Of a DNA stretch of 44,260 nucleotides, positions 38,601-44,260 are shown in pieces; position 1 is the first letter of the stretch; the number at the start of each line of letters is the position of its first letter. The stretch comes from Thermoplasmatota archaeon (GTDB lineage Archaea; Thermoplasmatota; Thermoplasmata; Halarchaeoplasmatales; Halarchaeoplasmataceae), in assembly GCA_036626195.1 (NCBI GenBank), contig JAZKSH010000003.1:1-44260 (forward strand). The letters are read 5' to 3'. A program made the translations under genes and the position numbers. The notes beneath the pieces were generated by a model. It ran no database searches and was not told the origin of the DNA. It saw only the letters and a list, made by a program, of their open reading frames with translations.

Positions 38601-40669
38601 ATCAAGAAGAGGATCTGAGAGCCGAGGTTTACTACCTTGATTACACGGTTGTAGACGATCAAGGAGTGCCTATCGAGAACGCTAAAGTGATCGGCCGACA
38701 TTCAGAACTTCCAGAAAGGCGCAACATAATCACAGATAAACTCACCGACGAGAACGGCTACATCGAATTCCGGCTGCCTAGAGGTGAGCAGGAGTTCACC
38801 GTTAACTGGAGAGGCATCATGATATATCAGCACTCGATGGATATCACGTCGGATGTTGAAGAAGAGGTTACATCTCACGTGTACTATCTCACCATTGATG
38901 TGGTCGATGATGAAGGAGAACCGCTGCAAGACGCTTTCGTGAGGGTCACTTACGAAGAAACACCCCGTCTCTACCATTCCGATTATACTGGCCAGGACGG
39001 CAGCGTCGAAGCCAGGATCCCTAGAGCTACTTGGGGCATCGAGGTAGAATGGATGAACAAGGTCGTTTACGAGGAGTCCTACGAAGTCACAACCACGGAA
39101 GAGATCGAAATTCAGACCACCGTGTATTATCTGAACATGAACGTAGTCGATGATGAAGGAGAACCGTTGGAAGGAGCTTATGTGAGTTTGAATTATGCAG
39201 ATACGGGAGAGTTCTATCACGCCGGATATACTGACATGGATGGACAGCTAGATGTCAAGATACCGGGAGCTCTATGGGATATCGAGGTAGAGTGGAAAGG
39301 CATAACCGTTTATGAAGAGGAGTACGAAGTCACCGCTACGGAAGAGAAAGAGATTTCCGCTTCGGTTTATTACCTGTCCATGAACGTTGTAGATGACGAA
39401 GGGGAGCCCATCGAAATGGCTAGAGTCATACTCAACTACGCCGATACCGGAGAATTCTATCACGCTAAATATACCGACGATGGAGGAGAGGTGGAAGTCC
39501 GGATTCCTGAGGCAACATGGGATATCGAGGTGAAATGGGAAGATATAACCGTATATGAAGAAGAGTACGAAGTCACCACAACCGAAGAAAAAGAGGTCTC
39601 CGCATCGGTTTACTACTTGTCCATGGACGTGGTCGATGCCGAAGGAGACCCCATCAAAGGGGCCCGAGTCACCGTAGACTACGCTGATACGGGTGAGTTT
39701 TACCATGCTGAATATACCGATGAAGGTGGGGCTATCGAATTCAGGCTACCGGAACACGAGTGGGATGTTGAGATAAAGTGGTTGGAGATCAGTGTTTATG
39801 AGGACACTTACGATGTCAATTCTACAGAAGAGCTCGAAGTCGAAACTTCTGTTTACCATGTATCCATGGAAGTGGTTGATGACAAAGGGATAGCGCTGGA
39901 GGACGCTCAGGTGAAAATGAGGAATCCCGTTACCGGGGAGATATACAGTCCACTTAGCCGAGTTACGGACTCATCGGGAGAGATAGAGACGAGGATACCA
40001 GAAGGTATTTGGGACGTAGAGGTCCGGTGGAAGAACACGGTTGTACATCAGGAGGAATACGACTTCAGCTCTACCGTGGAAGAAGAGATCTCCACAGACG
40101 TTTACTACCTCACGGTGAGAACCGAAGATGGAGATGGAGAATCTATAGACGATGTCCACGTGAGAGTTATGACCAGACAGCAGAGTTGGACAGAATACAC
40201 TTCAAATGGAACGGCGGAATTCAGACTGCCGGCTAGAGACGATTATGAGATAACGGCTTCTTATCGAACGACTTACCTTTTGACGGATATAGACCTCCAG
40301 GAAAACGAGCAGATGAGCTTGACCGAGACCACGGAGCAGACCATGGAGTTCGAAGAGTATCCGATACCGTTCTACCGCACCAATCTGTTCTTCCTAGTGC
40401 TGGTACTGATCATTTTGTTGGCTATACTAGGGGTAATGTATTCCAAGAAAGGCCCGAAGGAAGAGGAAGAACCTGAAGAGTTCGAGGAAGAAGAGAGTGA
40501 AGAGACTGAAGAGTCTGAGCTCTTCGGCGAAGAAGAAGGTGAAGAATCAGAGGAGTCTGAAGAGTTCGGCGAAGAAGAGAGTGAAGAGTCTGAGATATTC
40601 GGTGAATCAGAAGAGAGTGAAGAATCAGAGGAGTCTGAAGAGTTCGGCGAAGAAGAGGAATTATTTTGA
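35621..40669 (+). CDS. Giant surface protein (1682 aa), paralog of the upstream gene, with acidic C-terminal tail
   Basis: Same architecture (KNKT.Y, DPFGGYDI, ~80-aa repeats, YRTT.LLT, YPIPFY + TM), then an EESEESEEFG low-complexity tail. Confidence 0.85.
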   Translation: MEGRYEVWMMMAVSALMALLLVGSAVGALGQSEEKQISMGESPSLTAADELKNKTMYFHNETGTVNNNVDVLTMNTTMGDDLKITEWTSNSITKNWYLDPPFAGNFTLNGTISTKVWVNLRSGSGTTNRVTVNMTLYEVSADGSEDSIGTAEKYHGNGRTVFNEYNVSGKFHHEISRNSTLRLELELSNPNSVETKVAFGDSEYPSRLEVETDTYIQPKNLTVLDSDFNGSSSFRLGADNTTINFNASVVDPFGGYDINRVNITVEGPDGTVFYREPMTQVTGNDTTYRSNYTYQWNYSGAPEGDYTVIVSAVDNTGYYYRYPDNPGDETYGGHLESVEEGFYIGAQRYFIHFQTKDSLNRTMEGANVSVYSSGGEEVTYNLTNDEGITNISVTDGEYLIRVYWEDIVVNETLYQVSDNVPYGEAVEMNCSVYDSTYEILDSQDNVVKNANLFIQHPNGTLLRRVTDANGLVEMKQAPIGNYTVQIEWLGREVGYTEQYLNSTENMTLNARIYYLEITTVDSLGDPVSEVHVSSRFNDTERLADAKLTDINGETMMRLPGTQEGFGYDISFQWRGVDVGQIEGEPLESDKTLEFTIEIYYVDFSLTDSIGQDLEDATLNVYNLETNTLANSGVTDDEGNVSLRLPRGLHQVTVTWRGLEVNETQFEVTGDDTLDIECAVYHVDFTAVDSRDEPLSGSRITVSHPDVGLLNSKTADEEGNVSMRLPGAVLEVEVDWRGVTVFSQNVEIDSNEPVLLEAGVYYLEFEVVDDLEEPLENARVEIYHGGTFLDEDVTNNTGMTDELRLPGADLSVTVSWKEVQVYEGNIVLEQDTTEYLQVGVYHVTFRAEDDLGEAIPDARLRVTNDGNLLLSGRTDGEGNISSRIPGAVNRVTLDWHGVRVYADDMLIDASEERLLEVEAVHRLDYTVIDSRDEPLERATLDFYVEGNFVGTRITDGDGFLTVRVPTPYDAAGELEIYGRWRDVSVYEENFTIDSHQEEDLRAEVYYLDYTVVDDQGVPIENAKVIGRHSELPERRNIITDKLTDENGYIEFRLPRGEQEFTVNWRGIMIYQHSMDITSDVEEEVTSHVYYLTIDVVDDEGEPLQDAFVRVTYEETPRLYHSDYTGQDGSVEARIPRATWGIEVEWMNKVVYEESYEVTTTEEIEIQTTVYYLNMNVVDDEGEPLEGAYVSLNYADTGEFYHAGYTDMDGQLDVKIPGALWDIEVEWKGITVYEEEYEVTATEEKEISASVYYLSMNVVDDEGEPIEMARVILNYADTGEFYHAKYTDDGGEVEVRIPEATWDIEVKWEDITVYEEEYEVTTTEEKEVSASVYYLSMDVVDAEGDPIKGARVTVDYADTGEFYHAEYTDEGGAIEFRLPEHEWDVEIKWLEISVYEDTYDVNSTEELEVETSVYHVSMEVVDDKGIALEDAQVKMRNPVTGEIYSPLSRVTDSSGEIETRIPEGIWDVEVRWKNTVVHQEEYDFSSTVEEEISTDVYYLTVRTEDGDGESIDDVHVRVMTRQQSWTEYTSNGTAEFRLPARDDYEITASYRTTYLLTDIDLQENEQMSLTETTEQTMEFEEYPIPFYRTNLFFLVLVLIILLAILGVMYSKKGPKEEEEPEEFEEEESEETEESELFGEEEGEESEESEEFGEEESEESEIFGESEESEESEESEEFGEEEELF
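40474..40660 (+). repeat. Coding minisatellite-like repeats (Glu/Ser-rich tail)
   Basis: GAAGAATCAGAGGAGTCTGAAGAGTTCGGCGAAGAAGAG occurs twice (near 40541 and 40619), with degenerate copies. Confidence 0.8.
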
Positions 40670-40756
40670 GGGAATTTACTAGCAGGGTCTAAGCACTCCA
40701 AAAAACCTTTTATTCTTTTTTCATACTTTCTTTTCTTGACGGTTTTGGCCTTCCTG

Positions 40757-40784
40757 TTCGATTTTTGTAAAATAAGCTTTATAA
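40757..40784 (+). promoter_or_regulatory. TTCGA-N5-GT box plus BRE/TATA
   Basis: TTCGATTTTTGTAAAATAAGCTTTATAA. Confidence 0.65.
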
Positions 40785-40824
40785 CGGAAAAGGCCTTTAT
40801 CATGTAACGAAGAAGGGGATCTCT

Positions 40825-42429
40825 TTGAAGATAGGAAAAGCAAATGATGGAAGGATTAAGAACGACGTTTCCCATATCAATGGCGTCGTAGCTCTATTTT
40901 CGCTTTTTTTAATCATCTCGTTGTTGACCCCATCGGCAGTGAGCGGGGAACCCACGAAAGATGTCAAAAGGCGGGATGGAAGTGATCTTAGCAGTGAAAC
41001 AGTTTTAGATAGAGGTTTTCCGGACCAAGACGAACCTGGTGATCCGCCGGACCCGGATCCCCCTGATCCTGTCATCCCTGATCCGGGTAATTTTAGCAGG
41101 AGGATAGGAGGCTTCGGTGAAGGAAAAGAAGGCAGCTTTGTTTCTTTTGATAGTATGGAAGAAGGGATCGAAGATTACACTCATCACCGGTATGTCGAGG
41201 ACGAGATTACTCTGTTCAATAGCATTAGTATCGAGGATCTTACCATCTATGAAGAGAATCCTAGAGATTATCTTTACGAGATAAGAGGAGATAGGGCGAA
41301 CTTTCAGATGTACGATAAGCCCTCGGCGCTGATGACTATCGACGTTATGCCGGAAGAAGGACGGGAGAGAGAACAGCAAATCAGCTTTCAGGTCGGCGAG
41401 GAGAATCTAGCAATTACACCGAGAGGGGGTAAAGGTGAAGGAGTGAAGATAGATTACGGTGAATTCAAAGGAACGTTGATACCCTACGGCCCGATAGAGG
41501 GTAGGAGAGATAAAATCACAGCTCGATCTCCATACATCAACTTCACTGTCAGAGAGCAGACATCCTTCGTTTTCAGGATAGAAGAAACGAGATCTTATGA
41601 CGACGCCGATATATCCGATATAATGAATCAGGGCATCGAGTCAGGACAAATCGGGGCCGAGGTCAGGGTCGAAGCTGTGAACGGCGACCATAAACAGATG
41701 TCCATGATCTACGACAGGATCAACGTGCTGAGTCAGATTTTAAACGATAGAGGCTTTCGGATGATGGTCACCTCCGATACTCTTGAGGACGAAGGGAAGG
41801 TTATCATCGCTGATGTATCCTCTACCGTGATGAACGTGTCTAACAAAGATGACCTGAACGTCACTTTCGATGGAGAATCTATCGATAGGGTCGACAGTTA
41901 TTCCGAACTCACCGCGAGATCGGACGAGGCAACTTACCTGGTACTTACGGGTGATGAAGGTGCTAAAGTCTTCGTGAACGTGCCTCAGTTCTCCACACAT
42001 ACTATAGTCATAGAGGGCGTGACAGATGGTGTGGATGAGCCTGTGGTAGAAGAAAGTTACATCGGCGATCTTCTATATTACCTGCCCGGGGTTGTGATTT
42101 CAGCCCTTGTGGTGGTTCTAGGTGCCCTGATAGCGAAGTCTAAAAAGTCCGAGGGAAAAGAAAAAGATTTGGGAGGAAAAGAGAGAAAAGGAAAGAAGAA
42201 GGATAAAAAGAAGAAGTCTCAGGGGAAGAAAGGCGAAGACGGAAAAAGCAAGGGGCAAACTAAAGCTAAAGAAAAACGATTCGAAAGGATCGGCAAGGAT
42301 GGTGTAGTTTCTGTAGGAGCGAACCCGAATAACTATGACCGCGGCAAGGGAAATGAGAAAAGGATAAAGGGTTCGAAAAGCTCTAAGAAAAGTGAAAAAG
42401 AAGACAAAAAGGATAAAGAGGACGAGTGA
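40825..42429 (+). CDS. Membrane-anchored extracellular protein with Lys-rich C-terminal tail
   Basis: Signal-like N-terminus, Pro/Asp linker, beta-rich domain ending VPQFSTHTIVI, TM, K/G-rich tail. Confidence 0.75.
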   Translation: MKIGKANDGRIKNDVSHINGVVALFSLFLIISLLTPSAVSGEPTKDVKRRDGSDLSSETVLDRGFPDQDEPGDPPDPDPPDPVIPDPGNFSRRIGGFGEGKEGSFVSFDSMEEGIEDYTHHRYVEDEITLFNSISIEDLTIYEENPRDYLYEIRGDRANFQMYDKPSALMTIDVMPEEGREREQQISFQVGEENLAITPRGGKGEGVKIDYGEFKGTLIPYGPIEGRRDKITARSPYINFTVREQTSFVFRIEETRSYDDADISDIMNQGIESGQIGAEVRVEAVNGDHKQMSMIYDRINVLSQILNDRGFRMMVTSDTLEDEGKVIIADVSSTVMNVSNKDDLNVTFDGESIDRVDSYSELTARSDEATYLVLTGDEGAKVFVNVPQFSTHTIVIEGVTDGVDEPVVEESYIGDLLYYLPGVVISALVVVLGALIAKSKKSEGKEKDLGGKERKGKKKDKKKKSQGKKGEDGKSKGQTKAKEKRFERIGKDGVVSVGANPNNYDRGKGNEKRIKGSKSSKKSEKEDKKDKEDE

Positions 42430-42510
42430 AGGAGTCCTAGAGAAAGAAGCAAAGGTGATGGCCCAAAGGTTTAAATCTTTTCAAACCATCCGGGGGATGA
42501 GGTCAGGAAA

Positions 42511-42786
42511 ATGATTCCAGCAGTGATTTACAATTTGAGCTTTGCAGTTCTTACTGTCCTAGCATTGGCTCTTTTTGTCATCTCTATTTTAGCCTACCGA
42601 CGGACGAAAACCAGGAAGGTGATGATGGTCTCCGTAGCGTTTTTCCTCTTTTTCCTCAAGGGTTTGTGGCTCACCTATCATCTCTTCACCGTTCCAGAGA
42701 GTTCCTGGAATACATTCTTGCTCCCAGTGGCAGTTTTCGACTGTCTTATCTTGATAATAATTTATCTCTCACTGGTGAAGGGGTAG
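42511..42786 (+). CDS. Small three-TM membrane protein preceding a wHTH regulator
   Basis: 91 aa, SILAYRRTKTRKVMMVSVAF pattern, three hydrophobic helices. Confidence 0.75.
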   Translation: MIPAVIYNLSFAVLTVLALALFVISILAYRRTKTRKVMMVSVAFFLFFLKGLWLTYHLFTVPESSWNTFLLPVAVFDCLILIIIYLSLVKG

Positions 42787-42790
42787 CTCG

Positions 42791-43312
42791 ATGTCTGAAC
42801 CGGAAATAGAAGTGGAAAACAGGAAAAAGATATACGAAGTGATAGAGGAGTACCCGGGTCTTCACATGAGGGAGATAAAACGAAAAGTTGGGCTTAGCAT
42901 GAACCTGGTCCGATATCACTTAAATCAGTTGAAAAAGTACAGGCTCGTATCCGAAGAAAAAGAAGACGAGTACAACCGATATTACCCCAACAAAGGAGAA
43001 AGAAAAGTCGATTTGAGAGATAGAAAGATGCTCGGTATTCTTAGGAAGAAGATTCCCCTTTCCATAGTTCTTTTCCTTTTAAATGAAGACGGATCAGCGC
43101 CCCACGGCGAGATTAAGGATGAATTGGAGATTCCTTCTTCTACACTCTCCTATCACCTGAAAAAGATGGTGGAAAAAGGCGTGTTAGAAAAGGTCGAAGG
43201 CGAATACAGGTTGACAGACCCGGATGGAATCATGGACCTCTTGATAACCTACGAACCCCCTCAAGATATAGTAGAGGAGTTCATCGATCTGTGGGAAAAT
43301 CTTTCTCTCTGA
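42791..43312 (+). CDS. Double winged-helix (ArsR/MarR-like) transcriptional regulator
   Basis: RKKIYEVIEEYPGLHMREI...VRYHLNQL and a second HTH, SSTLSYHLKKMVEKGV. Confidence 0.88.
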   Translation: MSEPEIEVENRKKIYEVIEEYPGLHMREIKRKVGLSMNLVRYHLNQLKKYRLVSEEKEDEYNRYYPNKGERKVDLRDRKMLGILRKKIPLSIVLFLLNEDGSAPHGEIKDELEIPSSTLSYHLKKMVEKGVLEKVEGEYRLTDPDGIMDLLITYEPPQDIVEEFIDLWENLSL

Positions 43313-43340
43313 GTGATGGCCCTCTTTTATAAAGGATCTC

Positions 43341-43368
43341 TTCGAGTTTTGTTAAATAAAGCTTATAT
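43341..43368 (+). promoter_or_regulatory. TTCGA-N5-GT box plus BRE/TATA
   Basis: TTCGAGTTTTGTTAAATAAAGCTTATAT. Confidence 0.65.
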
Positions 43369-43402
43369 GTTGTCCTAACCTAATTAATAACGGTAGATAA
43401 AA

Positions 43403-44260
43403 ATGAAAAAGAGGTTGTATATGGGAATGGTGATAGTGTTTGCACTACTGCTGATATCGTCGGGCTACTTGATAGCATTTTCCTCTACTGCAGAGACTCA
43501 AGGCCAGTCTGGAGCTTACGAGAAAGGAGTAGAAGTCCAGCCTCCACAAGATGCTGTCGAGTATGAGAGAGACACGTACGTCTATACATACACGATCGCG
43601 AACCTGGGTCAAGAGGAAGATACGTACTACATAGAAGTGGAATCGTCCAACGAGGTTGCTTTTGAAGTTGAGGCCCCGGAAAACGTCAGCGTCGAAGGAG
43701 ATATATCGGTCGATGTAGAGGTGGAAGTAACGATAAAAGAGGACGCTGAGCCGGGAGATACCGCGACGATCACGTTGGAAGCCGAGAGCGAGGCCTCAGG
43801 AGAAGTGGACACGGGTTCCATGTACGTAGCTTTCAAAAAACCAATCGATTTTGAACCTCCGGTTGACCAGGAAGACGCAGAAGCGTTCATAGGAAAAGCC
43901 AAGAACGCCGCTGCATTCGGTGCCGTGACCTTTTTGAAGGTAGAAGGTTACGAGCCCTGGGCCGCCCTAGTGGTGAACGCGGGAGATCCAAGAGGTGTAG
44001 ACGCCGTAACGGTCAGCTTCGAAGACGGAACGCTGATAATAGAGGCCGAGGACGAAAATGAGACAAATCACGTCACCATACTGGTGAACAAGGCCTTCGC
44101 TGATAAATACTTGGGTGAATCCGAAGGCGATATAGAGATAGAAGTGAGTGATGCGGTGAACTACGAAGGTCTTGACAATTCGAACGCTAGTGCTGGTGGT
44201 GGAGCCATGTACGTCTTCCACATCGAGCATTTCAGCACCCAGACCATCGAGATCTCTGAG
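43403..44260 (+). CDS. Secreted/surface protein, partial (runs off the right edge)
   Basis: Manual translation of both ends in one frame: MKKRLYMGMVIVFALLLISSG...YTIANLGQEEDTY (Ig-like)...YVFHIEHFSTQTIEISE; similar to the FSTHTI motif of 40825-42429. Not in the ORF track. Confidence 0.8.
   Translation, partial: MKKRLYMGMVIVFALLLISSGYLIAFSSTAETQGQSGAYEKGVEVQPPQDAVEYERDTYVYTYTIANLGQEEDTYYIEVESSNEVAFEVEAPENVSVEGDISVDVEVEVTIKEDAEPGDTATITLEAESEASGEVDTGSMYVAFKKPIDFEPPVDQEDAEAFIGKAKNAAAFGAVTFLKVEGYEPWAALVVNAGDPRGVDAVTVSFEDGTLIIEAEDENETNHVTILVNKAFADKYLGESEGDIEIEVSDAVNYEGLDNSNASAGGGAMYVFHIEHFSTQTIEISE

Overview
Chromosomal window from an archaeon, judged by deoxyhypusine synthase, PAN, Trm1, MptD, archaeal FtsZ, TATA/BRE promoters and CCA-less tRNA genes. 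The strongly acidic proteins suggest a halophilic Thermoplasmatota-like lineage (inference). 1-13.7 kb holds housekeeping genes plus an unannotated three-hairpin H/ACA-type RNA. 13.9-19.8 kb is a probable exopolysaccharide operon (DUF11 surface protein, processive GT2, membrane/TPR protein). 20.0-20.9 kb is a ~900-nt non-coding stretch built almost entirely of short hairpins, including two tandem arrays with covarying stems; it abuts tRNA-Arg and is the most unusual object here. Two tRNA genes each carry an upstream hairpin that duplicates their own 5' end. 23.6-27.0 kb carries bacterial-type queA-tgt plus a DUF401-like membrane protein, unexpected in Archaea. 28.7-44.3 kb is a surface/secreted-protein cluster (subtilase, two giant repeat proteins, other anchored proteins, wHTH regulator) whose four promoters share a TTCGA-N5-GT box just upstream of BRE/TATA. 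All calls are by eye; no searches or folding programs were run.
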